A stretch of DNA of 64,000 nt from Cystobasidiomycetes sp. EMM_F5. Lineage: Eukaryota. Shown piece by piece: positions 36,913 through 50,893 of the stretch. The DNA is taken from positions 62,001 to 126,000 of the forward strand of contig JBPGPT010000019.1 of NCBI GenBank assembly GCA_051047955.1, in the 5' to 3' direction. The number at the start of each line of letters is the position of its first letter. Positions within the stretch are counted from its first letter, which is position 1. The notes under the pieces were generated by a model, which worked only from the letters and a program-made list of their open reading frames with translations, was not told the DNA's origin and searched no databases. Made by a program: the position numbers and the translations under genes.

Positions 36913-38424
36913 ATGACTTCACCTGGACTGGCCAAAGCGCCGCTCCGTCTGATATGCCTGCCTCTGTGTCGGAAGCCAGAGCTCATATACTACTACGCCC
37001 ACAAACGGAGGGAGCCCCGGAGCCAGAGTAGCCAGTCATCGGAGGGCAAGGGCAAGCTGAGGCAGATGCTGGAAAGCAGAGAGGCAGTTACAGCAACGAG
37101 CAGCAGTTCGAGGGATGCAGGAGCGACACTGGGGTCGGGGCCAGGAGTTGCGAGTACGAGCACCCAGCAGGAGCACCAAGTCAGCTATGGACAGCAGATT
37201 GCGAGGAGGATATCCCAAGTGACGAGTGGGCTGGTGGTATGGGTTAATTCAAGAGTACTGGCTGAATATATGTTGATATCGCAGATTATGCTGGCGGAAA
37301 GTGGGAAGAATTGGGCAAGGCAGGCAAGGATACGTGGAAGTACAAGGCCTATGTGGGTAGTCACTGATAGATGTATTGAGAGGAATACTAACTCAACTCA
37401 CTCAGATGCGAGGCGAAAATCTAATGTAAGGCAACGTGCGGCGTTACAAGAGTGCAATTCTTATAACAGTATCACATATGTCTAGGGACCGGATAGAGTA
37501 TGAAGAATGGCTATTGAAGGCACTCGATGCCAGTACCGCACCCCGCTTACTCCGGAGAAGCAAGCCGAGCAGCTCAAGTAGTCCAACCGACGGCTCTCCA
37601 CAAAGTAGCAGCACTAGCGATATGCAAGTCGCAGAGCAGGTGCGTACTGCTGATTATGAAATGAGGCGATTGGCGCCTCACTCTTGAATCGACTCCCCAG
37701 GTCCCGCTCTACTTTCCGCCCTCCCTCTATGACAAATCTAGCGTGATGCAACACTTCTCTTCAATGCTGGACCACCGTGAACCACATCACAGCAGCCTGA
37801 TGAAGAAGTCGCTGGCTGTAGTCCGTAAGCAGCGGAATGATTTGTCTAAGATATCGGACTCCGTCATGACATTTGGTCGTGTTTAGCCTTTACAATCCCC
37901 TTTGCTCTCATTCCCATCGTCCCGAATTTTGTCAGTATTCTTTATACTACACTCCTTTTCTTCTCAACTGACCACATCGCTTCGAATCTACAGCCAATGT
38001 TTTACGTGTTATGGCGGGCCTGGTCACACTGGCGAGGTGGGCCTTTCCCCCAGTTTTCCCTTTATCACGCCAGTCGCTGAGGCTCATATCTCACATTCAG
38101 CTCTACAATCGTCGCAATACTTAAAAGGGCTACTAGAGCACGATCAGCTATCAGTGACGCCCAGCGATACCCTAGATGAGATTTACAAGAGCGCGCCTGG
38201 AAGTAGTGGAGAGAAGAGTAATGAGGATACTCCAAAAGTCTTGCTCACGCATGACATGGTCGATACGTTGATTAAGCGATTCGAGCTGGGCGATCAAGCG
38301 GGGGTGAGCTTCACGTCTACTACAAGTGGTTCTTGTATGCTAACACGATATCTAGGTCGACCTTAGGAGAGCCATCGCTCAGACTGAAGCTCGTTTGAAG
38401 TCCATTGCGGCGGACCCGAAGTAA
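36913..38424 (+). CDS. Mitochondrial K+/H+ exchange-related (Mit_KHE1, Ydl183c-like) protein
   Basis: LRLICLPL; DRIEYEEWLLKAL; FTIPFALIPIVPNF; PMFYVLWRAWSHWR; SQYLKGLL. Confidence 0.7.
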
Positions 38425-38712
38425 TGAAAGTAAGGCAAGCGGGTGCCCTCTCCGCTATACGTCCGGTCAACTAGAGTAGAGTTCCGGGCACCTAAAGTCC
38501 GCCCGGAAATGCATTAGAATGATACCAGACACTGTAGACTTTATCGCAAACACGCATTCGCAAGCAGTCGTAGCAAAAGTAGCAGGCAATTGATACCATT
38601 TGAGACCTCTCGATCATTGCTTCAAAGGTCTCGAAAGACCAACTCGGGCTCGCCTTTGCAACAATATGCGCTGCTTCGCCAACATGCCCATGTCCAGCAT
38701 GTCGGGCAGCCT

Positions 38713-41700
38713 ATGAACTTTCAGTGTTTCCAGCACTTGTTCCCATCCAGCGCCGACTCTGTGCAGGATATTGATTCGCAACTTGAGGTATACCGATACA
38801 AGGGCAATAGGAATGCGCCGGGCGGAGCTCAAGAGTCTGAGATAATAGATCTATGCGACGAAGAAGACGGCCGTGGTCCTCCCGGCCAGAGACTGCCGTC
38901 GTCAGCCAGGTCAACCCGTAATCGCACCCAAAGACGATATCATAGTCCTGAGCCGCCAAGCGAGCGATACTCGACAGCAACAAAGAGCGTCGTCAATCCA
39001 GAAACAATGGCGTTGGGCAACATGTCCAAGTTTAGACCCACGTCCGTACATCTCGTTGTGATGCCGGCCTGGATAGTTGCTGATGATAACTTCCCTTGTT
39101 GCACACTACATAGCGTGATCACGCCGACAGTGAGTTATTATATTCTCTTGCATCCCGGTATAATTTATTTGACACTGATGAACTCGTAGTGTCCTGAGGG
39201 TTGGGCGCAGGAGAAGGAGAACTCGGATGTTCCACGCACTATTCGCACGAGCAGTCGCGCCGCTGGTGGGACAAAGCCTTATGGACGGTCAAAGAATTCA
39301 TCTCTTCAGGGCGGCCTGATGGTCGGACACGATAATCTGTTTGAGGAGCGAGCCCCCGCACCCTCGGCAGACGCAGCTGCCAACCGTGCCCTTATGCAGA
39401 ACAGCGGGCAAAGCAAGAGTCTCCCAAGTTTTATGCTTCCAAGTGCGTAAAGTACACAGCATAATGATCGCATGAATGGTAGATTGATCTTTGAGTGAAG
39501 CAGCTGCTGGTCCTTCCGAGACAAAACAGACCAAGGCCGCACCCCGGACTGCAATCAGCGATGGACAATTTTACAGCTCGTCAAGTCGTGATGAACGTCC
39601 TGCTAAGAAGATTGACAACATGCGGTCTAGAGCTGAGGCCAACATCAAGGGCGCAGCCACGCGTGTGCTCGATAATGGGAAAGGCAAATCACGCGAAACG
39701 GAACCCATCACTGTAGATGCAAGCGATGAGGATGACATCAAATCCTACGACAGCGGCGAAAAGCCTGTGCGCGTCCATTCACAAGCGACAAATTCCGCCC
39801 AAAAGAGTATTCCGCATGGCAAAGTCAAACAGACTGTGAAGAAGATAAACGGCAGCAGTCACCATGACAGACCGGCAAGGGCCGGAAGTGATGCTAGCGA
39901 TGACTCGATGAAACTCCCCGACACCAAGCCCAAAACAGTGAAATTGCGGACATCTGGGAAGGCGCAGCTCATTATCGCATGCGAATGCAAGTTGCTGCAG
40001 GTACATAATGCCGTACTACATACAGGTCCACAACTCATCTACAACAATCGAGGGTCAGCATTTTCAGTACTCAACCGCGGTGAAAGTGTTTTCACATTTC
40101 CTCAAAACGACATCAAGGAAATTCAGATTACTTCTCCGGAGAACAATCAACTTCCGTCTATCAGCTTGCGGGTCGAGTGTACGGACGATCGAGCCGTCAC
40201 TGCGGTATGGACCGAGGGAGAATCGATCGATGGTAAGCAACAACAAGATTGGGAAGACGATCACCTGAGGGAGCTTTTATCGCCAGAAATAAAGATTTTT
40301 ATGCTACCTGGCGCATCACCGGCGCAGATACCTTCGTGGAAACAGATGCTACAACTTCTTAAACAGCAGGCGGTCACCAGCCAGGGCATGACTTCTTTCC
40401 ACACCATAACGTGCGTGTTGCTGCATATACGTCCATATTCCACGGTTGATTGGCATCTACCCTATAGAGACGCAGCATTCGAGCAAATTCAGAAGCGCGA
40501 GCTAAATTTCGCTCTTGACGGCTGGCCTCATATCCCTCAGAAGCTGAGAGAGCTGTCGTCAGAAGCAGCGCAAAAGTCACTGCACGCCTTGCAGCGACAG
40601 AAAGAACTAAGTTCGAAAGCGGCCAAAGGTCATAGGATTCTCGTGGGTGACGAGCGTACTGATTCCAAAGAGTATGTCGGGCACGTAATGAGACCGCCAA
40701 CATGCTCACGTGAACTCGCTCTATCGCAGATCCGACCGGATTAAACATCTTCAGCCTACAAAGCCGAACAGAAAGCGCCCAACCGCCGGTACCCGCGATC
40801 GGTCCGGAAGTACTTCATCATCTGCATCGGCGACTATACCTGTCGTTCAGTCCAGGCCATCTGGGCGTACGACTCGCTCTCGCACTTCCGCGATTGATCC
40901 ACCCTCCGAAGCGGAAAACGTACGAAAAGCCACGCCGGAACCGCTTACAAATCCGCAAGAAGTGTCCGTGTTTTGAATTCGGATGGTACAGATATCGCAG
41001 CTGAACTTCGCTTTCCGAAACAGAGTTCTGGTTTATCCACCCTCGGGTGTTGGTTCCGTGACAATCACAAAAGCTGATCTACGACGCTTGGACCCCGATG
41101 AGTTCCTCAACGACACTCTTGTTGAATACGGCATGAAGTACGTCTTCTCCGCGGATCATGCAAAGTGTGCTGAGACTGATAGTCTGACAGACACGTTTTC
41201 GCCGCTTTGCAAGCTACGGACGAGGTCCGCTTCTCCCAATCGCATCTCTTCAGTTCGTTCTTCTACAAGAAGCTGACAACGAAGACCAAGTGAGTGAGAT
41301 CAATATAGAAGACGACACGCGGTAACACCTGCCGAAGGACTAGTCCATATGCATACGCTAGCGTACAAAAATGGACCAATAAGGTTGACCTGTTTAGCAA
41401 GAAATACGTTTTTGTGCCAATCAACGAAAAGTAGCTTGAAATAGTGGCAAGGAGGTGATATCTGCTGACTGGTATCCTGCAGCTTCCATTGGTATTTGGC
41501 TATCATCATCAATCCCGCTCGGATATTGCAGCCTCCTCGACCCGAAGATCGCTACCATGAGCCAGTGGCTAGAAGGACTAGCATGCGGAACAAATCACCT
41601 TCCGGCATCGAGGACCCAGACACCCTGCAAGCGATCGAGAACAGCTTGTCGACGCACCCTGACGCAATCTCGGCGCTGGAAGGCTTGGCGCCTAAGTCAA

Positions 41701-43922
41701 AGTCTTCGAGTTCTTCAGACTCCGACGTAGCTTCAGCTGAAGCTAGAGTCGGATCACCGCTTCCGTCGAACGCCGAGAGGGCCAACGCGCCCAGGGGCAC
41801 GGAGACAGCAGAGAATGAGACGAGCTCGGACATGTGAGTGCGGCGTTTCTGGCGTGAGCAACAGACAATTGACCCTGTCTTATCATCCGGCGCTTAGGTG
41901 CTATATCGTCACTCTTGATTCTCTGGGCAGCACCCATCCGGCCGTCGTCAAGGCTTTGACACATTATCTTGTCAACGAAGCTACGGATAAGAAGGGCCTA
42001 AGCGTTGAAGCACTATCCACTGGCCCGGAAGCAATCAGAGGCTTTGCTCTGCAGACCATCTCGCAACCAAATTTTAGCGATTGCGGCTTGTATGTGATGC
42101 ACTTCGCCGAGGTTTTCAATCGACTGTCAGAGGATAGTCTTGCGACATTGATGGTACGCAGTTGGCATCGCTGCTCACACGATTCATCAGACTAACTTTA
42201 TTCTTTAAGGCGCATCCCCGCAAAAGGAGAACTACAGCACAAATTAACGAATTTTGGAACTCCGAGGGCGCCCACGAGCGTCGACGTCAGTTACGTGAGC
42301 AGGTGGTCGAGGAGTCTAAGTCATATCTGGCTTTCCGGAAGGAGCAAGACGAACAGGCGGCGCAAGCCAAGAAAGCCGCAAAAGAAGCTAAACTCAAAGA
42401 ATCGGCCCGCGATGGTACCAACCCATTATCAACCGATCACCCTAATGCGCAAACGTCGCCAAGTAGCGATGCGGAGTCTAGTGACGGCGAGTGCGTAATG
42501 ATTACGGGAGAGACCAAGCCCAAGCCAGCGACACCGAAAAAGAAAGCTGCGAAACGTAGGCGCATCGCGCAAGACGATGACGACGATGAGTCGGATCCGC
42601 TGTTGGTAAAGTCAAGTAGCAGAACATCAAAACCCTCCATCAAGGTGCAATCCCCACTGCAGGACGCCAAGACCGCTGGACTTGTGAAGTCAACCACATC
42701 TTCGAACAAAGAGGTGTCTCGGGAGCCTACATTCGATGTTGCCTCGCGAGGATCTATAAGTGATTCCGCGCAGGATGATTGGTCTGTTGATGCCGAGCCG
42801 AAAGTCTTGGATGTGGACATCGATGTGCGGCCGCCCAAAGTTCATCGTAGCGCAAGTCCTAATCTGGTGAAGCAAGCGAATGAGATGTCGCTGGATACTG
42901 CACCGTCATATTCGCCTGCCTCAAGCGGGACGGAAGACTCCGAAAGCGAGGATGGTGGTCTAATGCAGCTGATACCGATTCCGCGGAAGGAGCCGGATTA
43001 CGCCTTGCCGAGTCTTAATGACAGTGTTCCGCAGTCGACAATGCAGCCAGTGCAATCGCCAGCGCATGCCATTGCCCCACTCTTAATCCCGCAGCCTGCA
43101 CAAGCCGAAGCACCACACTCGCCTTTGGCTAGTCCCAGTGACAGTACAGCTAGTAGCGATGCAATGCAAGTCGATGCGAAGGAGAATGAGACATTTCAAT
43201 ACACTCTTGTGGTGGACCCGACCAAGAAGGCGTCCCAATCTGACGATGTCGTCGTGGTGAGCGATTCTCAAGGCAGCACCGAGGGGTACAGGCATATAAA
43301 GGCAGACTTTACCTCTTACAACGATGCTTCAAAGTCACAGAAGCCCAAGTCGCTACCTACAAAGCGTCCGGAATTCAACGATGTCCGAGCGAAAACCCCT
43401 GGTGTGGAGGTCGTAATCCCGAGTCCTCGTAGATCACAAATCGTTCAGCCCACAGATCCGTCCACGTATGCAGATTCGCGTACCGCCACACAGGTTATTG
43501 GTGTATTTCACGGCTCCGGCAAGCCACTGCGTGCTGAAGCAAAGCATCACCCAACGACGGAAGGGCGAAGGCAACCTGCGGATAAGGACGGTTTAGGCAC
43601 AGTGAATGACCCCTTGGATCTTGGCGATGACGATGACAGTCCTGCAGCTGAAGGGAGTCGGGTATCTGCACTATCTTCTGCTGCAAAGCACAAGGTGCGC
43701 GACAGAACCGTGGGCACATCACCGCGCTCACGGCATCGATCCTATAATACAACCAAGCATAGGTCTCCGCAACGCGCATTCGGCACCCCCTCGCTGACCC
43801 TTACCGAGGCTGTCAGAGACAATACGCATGTCCCACATCATCGATCGTCGCATCGGCATTCAGACTACTCTTCTATGCCACATGTGCAGTTTACAGGGAC
43901 TCACACCAAATTTTCGGATTGA
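38713..43922 (+). CDS. ULP2: Ulp2-like SUMO protease (peptidase C48) with long disordered flanks
   Basis: VLVYPP..SVTITKADLRRLDPDEFLNDTLVEY; FSSFFYKKL; KWTNKVDLFSKKYVFVPINE; HWYLAII; TLDSLG; QPNFSDCGLYV. Start approximate. Confidence 0.85.
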
Positions 43923-44296
43923 TCACATATTCGCCGGACCTGCCCTACAATCTTCTCTTCCTTGCCGCCTTCTCACGCTATGGCAGACCTATGACGCCTT
44001 GCATCCAGACTGTCAGTAAATCAGTATGCTCCATGTTGTCAACATTGATCCGATTTCGACGAGTCTTCCACTCGACGGGCCAAGTGCGATGGTTCCGATG
44101 GTAGTGTCGTTGTATATCAGTGCACCCTCTGTAGCATTACAAGCTGTATTAGTGTCATCCTGAATCTCTCTAGACGAGTTCGAATTAAGTAAACATTACC
44201 CGACTACAGAACACATCGGATGGCTTCTAACCTGTCAGACCGAGCCATGACTTGCACATAGCTGGCTCTTTCTGACTCTGAAGCTGGTCTGGAACC

Positions 44297-47200
44297 ATGA
44301 GCTCGCTCGATAAGCTCGGTGAGACCGCAATGCATTATACGCGCGTTTTGTAAGAAAGCACTGGCTGATGACGGGTCAAAAGGTATTCGAGGTATACGGT
44401 ACAGCTAGAGCTCCGTCCAAGATATGCGCTGACGGCGTAGTAGCTGATATTGATCTTGCTGAAAACGCGCTGCAGAGCCTTCGACACGAACGAGCTGAAT
44501 GTCATCCAATTCTACCATCCTCTCACCGTCATCGTTGGTCACAATGGCTCGGGCAAGACAGTGCGCGAGTGTCCGTTTGTCAGGATTTATCAGTGCTGAC
44601 ATGGACATCAGACCATTATCGAGTGCCTCAAGTATATCACCACGGGGGATATGCCGCCCAATACCCGTGGTGGCGCATTCGTGCACGATCCGAATGTGGG
44701 CACATCAAGTGAACGCGTATACCCGTTGAGGACTCATCGTTGCATTAACAGATGGCCGGAGAATCCGAGGTGAAGGCTGAGGTCAAGCTCCGCTTCAGCA
44801 ATACCAACAATGACCGCATGACGGCAACGAGACGGCTGCAGGTGACGAAGAAGAAGACTACTCTATCTCTTAAGACCCTGGAAGCTACTATTGCGTACAC
44901 CAACGACGAGGAAGACAAGACCAAGGTGAGTTCCATGCGGCGAAAGGCATTGCGGGACTGAAAGTTGCACCTTTCAGCGACGAGCTTTGTCCTCGCGGTG
45001 CGCTGATCTCGATGAAGAGATTCCCCGTCTACTAGGGGTCAGCAAGGCCATTCTGGAGAATGTCATCTTCTGTCATCAAGAAGAATCAAATTGGCCATTG
45101 TCGGAACCAGGCGTGCTGAAGAAGAAGTTTGACGACATATTTGAGGCAACCAAATACACAAAAGCTCTCGATCAGATAAAATCCATACGAAAGGACCAGG
45201 CGGCCGAGCTCAAGGTGGATAGGGAGAGGCTTATAGCCCTCAAGACTGACAGGGACCGCGCAACGAAGGTCGAGGGAACCATTGCCAAGTTGGAACGTGA
45301 CATTGCCACAAAGTCGATAGACAAAGAGAGAGTGGGTGAGGAGGTCTACGAGGTCACAAAACATGTCAAGCGTTTCTATGAGATGGGCGTCGAGCACAAT
45401 CGAATCCTGAATGAGGTGCAATTGCTGGAGAGTAAGAAGCTGAATTCCCAGGAGGCGTTACGCGATCTTCGCAAAACCTTCAAGGAGATCAGGGGGTCAT
45501 TACAGGATCTTCAGAAACAGAGAGACAATTTCGGCAACGACATCAAAAGCAAGCAGACGCAAAAACAAGGCTATATTCGCGATATTGATGCCGCCGAAGA
45601 GGATGTGTTGCAGACGCAGAAGCGATTGCAGAGACTGAACGCAGAGCGGGGAGGATACTCTGCCGATTTGCAAGTAGGTTGCACTTACCGACTATAGTAT
45701 TGAGCACCCTCTGACAGACTGCACAATAGCGTTTCGAGCAAGCTTTGTCAGATCGGGACAGCACGGTTAAGACGCTTGCGCTCCAATTTGACATCAAGGG
45801 CTTCGATGTCGATCCATTGGAAGAAGCACAAATTGCAGAGTTCGAGGACAGATTATCAACACAACTGCAGATAAGGAAGCGGGAATTAGAGGATTTACGA
45901 GTATGGATATTCTGTGCTTACGCCGCAAGCGCACGCTGACGGCCTGGACAGGAAAACGGCAAGAAAGCATCAGATGAGAAGCGGTCCATCATCAGTAATC
46001 TGGAATCGGATCAAAGAGCCCTTAGATCAACTCGGGAAGACCTTCGACGGCAGCAGACTCGGCTTGGTACTCGTCTGGATGAGTTGATTCTGCAAATTGA
46101 CAATTCTCGCAACAGCGAAACGGGCGTAGTGACTTTCAGGAGCACAATTGCCGACCTGCAGCAGCGACAGCGAAAGCTCAGCGATGATCTGCGAGCTAAA
46201 GAGCTCGACAAAGCGTTGCAGAATGACCGCACCAAGCTGAGAGGGTTGGAGAACAATCGCAATGGCTTGCACACCGAATTATCAGGCCTCAACCGACAAG
46301 CAGACACTCGAGCCAAACTCGCTCTCAAGCGCACAGATCTGACGAAGAAAGACGAGTCGGTCACATCCTTGTTAGTATGATTCGGACTGTGAACAGTGGG
46401 CTAGATAATGGCACATCTAACGAGATGGCCTGTCCGCAGAATCAAGACCAATCTCGAGAGTTTCAAGAAGCGCACAGGCGAAGAGCCGAGACGCGAGAGA
46501 ATGCTCGAACACGTGAAGACGCAAATCTCGTGAGTAGAGCCAAGTCATTTCCGCCAATGCGTCAATTCTGAGGCGCATCTCCGGCGTAAAGTACTACTGC
46601 AGACGAGATCGGACGAGTCGAGCGAGCATCTGCTGCTGCTCAACGCGACCTTAACCAGGTCGAAAGCCTGCTCACTCTCTTAAAGCAGCAAAAGACTGCG
46701 GCAGAGAAGGAAGCTGCTGGTAAATACTGGTCAAATTGTGGAAGTTTGAAGCTCACACTTTGTCTTCGGTACAATTAGGCATAGAAGCAAAAATCGAGGA
46801 AGAGACTGAAGGGCAGGAGTTGAGCAAAGCAATCGAAGAAGCAGAGCTGGAAATCAAGACTCGTCGAACGTGAGTATTGGCATTGTCCTGAGAGTCATTC
46901 TGCTAACGCATTTGGTTTATGTACAGCTCGATTGAGCAATTGAAGTCTGCAGTCCTATTCTACGAACGTGTTCTGGACTTTGGGCACAAGAAGGACGTCT
47001 GCGTAGCGTGTTCGCGACCGCTGCTACCTGACGATATGGCCAATTTTGATTCCTATGTATGACGACTCCGATCCGTATCAGGATCTTGACAGCTCACTGA
47101 GACAGCGCATTGCAGGTCAAGAAACAAATTGCAAGTAATCCAAAGAAGATCAAAGAGGAAGAGGCAGATCTGCCACAATGGCAAGCCATTCTGAATGGGC

Positions 47201-49335
47201 TTCGGAAACTTGAGCCCCTCGCGGGCAATTTGAAAAAGCTGAGAAATGAAACGATCCCAAAACACGAGGAAGATTTCGAACGTGCCAACACGAGACATCA
47301 AGGCGTCGTTGCACGGGCTGAGGAGGTACATTGACTCTCAATCTCGCATTTTGTTTGGTACAATTGACCATTGACCTGTGGCAGGCTTCCGCAAAAGTTG
47401 CGGATCTCAAATCCACTATGCGCGAATTGGAGTCCCTCAAGCTGGTGGCAGGCGATGTTCATCGTCTCAATAACGAGATGCAAGAGCTAGAAAACGAGAT
47501 CAAGCACCTCGAGCGACAGCTAGAGGCCAGCGGCTCGGCTCGGACTGCTGATGATGTGCAAGCAGAGCTCGAGAAGCTCGGCAACGAGATGTAAGCAGAT
47601 TGATGATCTATCATGGACTCAACATTTCGTTGAGTATTTCGTCGGAGACAGTGATCAAGTCAAGAGAGACATTGAGACACAACAAAGAGACAAGGACACC
47701 ATGCTGGAGAAGTTGAGGGCGTGTGAAGCCGAAATTCATTCCGCTACACTGTCCCTAAAAGGGGCTGAGGGCAAAGCGGAAGTGCGAAAAGCTGCCATCA
47801 AGGCAAAATCCGATGTTGAGGCAGAGAAGACGCAGCTTCAGGAAAGGATCGAGGGAATAGCAAAGACCGTACAAGAAACCGAGCCTGGCATCCAGAAGAA
47901 TAAGCGCGAGCTGAAAGATCTAGAAGAAGAGCAAAGGCACAAGGAGACAACGGCAAATAATACGCACAACACCATCTATCGTGGTCACGAGGAGCTTGAA
48001 AGAGCAATGCACGCTGTACGACGTGGCCGTCAAGTCGATGTGAAGGGCAAGCTCCGCAAGTGTGACGCCGAAATCAAAGACTTTTCCGCACAGGAGAAGG
48101 AGCAGCAGAACCGAGTGTCAGAGTTGCGTACCAATATATCGCAAATTGAGCGCGAAGAGAACGAGGCAGCAACCAATCAACGCAATGTCCTGGACAATAT
48201 ACGCGCACGCGAATTACAGGAAGCAATTGCGGGGTATGAGAGTGAGATTGCGAGCAAGGACATCGAGGGCGCAAACAAGGCCAAAGAGCACTTTGACAAG
48301 CACTACCGAGCAAGCAGTCAGAAATTGTCGGATCTACAGGCGCAATTTGCGAGAGTTGGCGGGGAGGTGGCCCTGATGGAAGCGAATCTTGCCGAACGAA
48401 AGGCGGAGATAGACACAGAGTACCGAGATGTTCGAAAGCTATACACGCGTCAGCTCATCAAAGTCAAGGTCCGTCGCATTACCGAAAGTCGGCTATTGCA
48501 TCGCGGCTGATGAGATGTGTACGAAGACGGCAGACTTTGCCATACAAGATTTAGAGAAGTACGGTAAAGCTCTAGACAAGTTAGTCGGATTCGATAATTT
48601 ATGGAATAGTCTGCTGAGGCTCGATATGCAGTGCGATCATGAAGTATCACGGGCACAAGATGATGGAGATCAATGACACAGCTCAAGCGCTATGGAACAA
48701 ATGCTATCAAGGCACAGGTGAGTGTATCACGCACGCAATTGCAAGCTACGCTCAAGCATCACCCGTCTCCGCACAGATATTGACACCATCATGATCAAAT
48801 CCGATAGTGAAGGAGCGACGAAAGTCGGAAACAGATCGTACAATTATCGGGTAAGTTTTGAGATCACACACCGACCGCTGTAGGGGACCCTCACGATGTG
48901 CAATGTACTCAGGTCGTAATGGTCAAAGACCAGGTCGAGCTCGATATGCGAGGCCGCTGCAGTGCTGGACAGAAGGTTCTTGCTAGTATCATTATTCGCC
49001 TGGCACTAGCGGAGTCTTTCGGCACCAATTGCGGCATTCTAGCTCTAGACGAGCCGACCACCAACTTGGACAAAGACAATATAGCTGCTCTGGCGGGAGC
49101 GTTGGCGGATATCATCAGAGAGCGACGTCAACAGAGTAACTTCCAGCTCATCGTCATCACCCATGACGAGGAATTCTTGACTGCTCTCGGCACTAGCGGC
49201 GCAATAGACAAGTATTGGCGCGTCAGTCGTAATCATCGCCAGAAATCGTGAGTATATCGGACCGACGTGACGCTTTTCCGAGCTGAAATTCTACTGCTTA
49301 GCACAATCGAACGCCAACGCCTTGATCAGCATTAA
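44297..49335 (+). CDS. RAD50: DNA repair protein Rad50 (MRX/MRN complex)
   Basis: [13 protein letters not shown]; Walker [27 protein letters not shown]; zinc hook [49 protein letters not shown]. Confidence 0.97.
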
Positions 49336-49450
49336 GGGCTATCGGCGACCCAAGCAAGCCTGACATAAGTGCTTTGAGTAGTGCATGAAGGTAATGGAAT
49401 GTTGTCGTAGTTCATACATCATCGCTTTGCTGGACATGACAGCAGACATC

Positions 49451-50720
49451 CTAGTCCGTTTGCATCCCAATACCACCTGATCTACCCTCCTTTGCGTTCT
49501 CCTCGTCACCTAGTCTCTGCACGCCTTTCAAATACGCTTCGACACCAAATGTCTCGTCGGAAGAAAGCCCCAAGCTGGCAGCTAGCGGGCCCAGAGCACC
49601 AGTTGTGAGTGCCTGGTCGAGGCTTCTAGCAGACTTGCGCAGCTCCGGCGAAGTCAAGATCTGACGCAAGCTTTCTACAGTATGCGGCACTGTTTCGCTT
49701 GCCGGCGGTAGGAACGGGTACAATGTCTCCGCAATACCCGGAGACGTCGATAGGAGATCGAGTAACCTGCTTGAGGATAGTATGTCTGCGAGTGAGACTG
49801 ATGCACGCTGTGGGGTTGATCCAAGTCCGCCTTGAGAAGGGTCAGCAGCCTGAGCGAGGAGTGCTTGCAGTTGCGCCATCTGTGATGCGGTCACATGTGA
49901 GGAGGATTGGGGAGTTGACGCTGAAGCGGCAGATGGCGCTGCCAAAGACAATTGAGCAGTCCTGTCGTGTCTGTGTGAGTGGATGCAATGCGTCAGACTC
50001 TGGACCGCGAGGAATGTGATGGGAGCCCGACTGCACGATTGCTAATTCCACAAACAACAATAGACACAAGTCGCGAGTAGATTACACGAGAAGCTCACGC
50101 TGATGAGGGTGCATCATCCATTGCCGCATCATCTTGTTGAGATGCAGATGTTGAAGGCCCTTCATTTCGGCTTGGTATCACGAGATCCGCCTCGCTAGCG
50201 TCCGGGTCGTCTATGAGCTGATTGATACGTGCGACATTTCTCGCATCTTGCGCTTCTTCGACATCCTGTAGCCAGTAGAAATGTCTTGCTGATGACGACG
50301 TAAAACGGAGGACGTAAATACGCCCGGAATTGGAGGGTATGGCTTGGAGAAGGGCATCGCCGGGAAAGAGAATGAGATCCTGTAGTTGAAGTAGTCAGTA
50401 TGGAGAGCTCAGAGTGACCCGCACGCCAATTCGATAAACGCGCTTCAATGGAGGTATTCGTTTCGATATTCTTGTATTGAACTGGAAACGGGCTGGCTAG
50501 TCAGTCCAACAGGGAACCGCCCATCAAAGGCTACACGTACATCGTAGCAAACCATCTTCTGGCGACTTTTCAAGGACGAGCAGCCTGTTGGATGACCGCG
50601 TCAGCTTGCCAATGACGCTGAGCCCGTATCAGCTTACCCTCTGGCGGGCAGCGGGTCCACCCAGTTTGTGCCAGCTCGCCGTTCACATCGCCCAGCCCGT
50701 ACGCTGATGAGCGGTGCCAT
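49451..50720 (-). CDS. RPN13: Proteasome ubiquitin receptor Rpn13/ADRM1
   Basis: VRAGRC..TNWVDPLPARG; DLILFPGDA; SGRIYVLRFTSSSARHFYWLQD; C-terminal LYPFLP..ILTSPE..LDQALTTGAL. Confidence 0.9.
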
Positions 50721-50893
50721 TGTTGATTATCCGTTTGAAATGGTCAAAAGCAAACAGATAGTCAGTTGAAATGTAATTAACAACCTGTCTTCACGCCAAT
50801 CTGGCATGTTCAGATGCTTCCAAGCTGAATCCTGACTGGCTATAGACAATAATGACCGCGTAATGCTCTGAATCCTGACTGCCGCTTCTAAAT

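Noticed and set aside
33133..50720. Functional genome-stability cluster (RAD4, ULP2, RAD50, RPN13)
   Set aside because: Ordinary core genes interleaved with unrelated ones; no shared motif seen; adjacency is plausible by chance.
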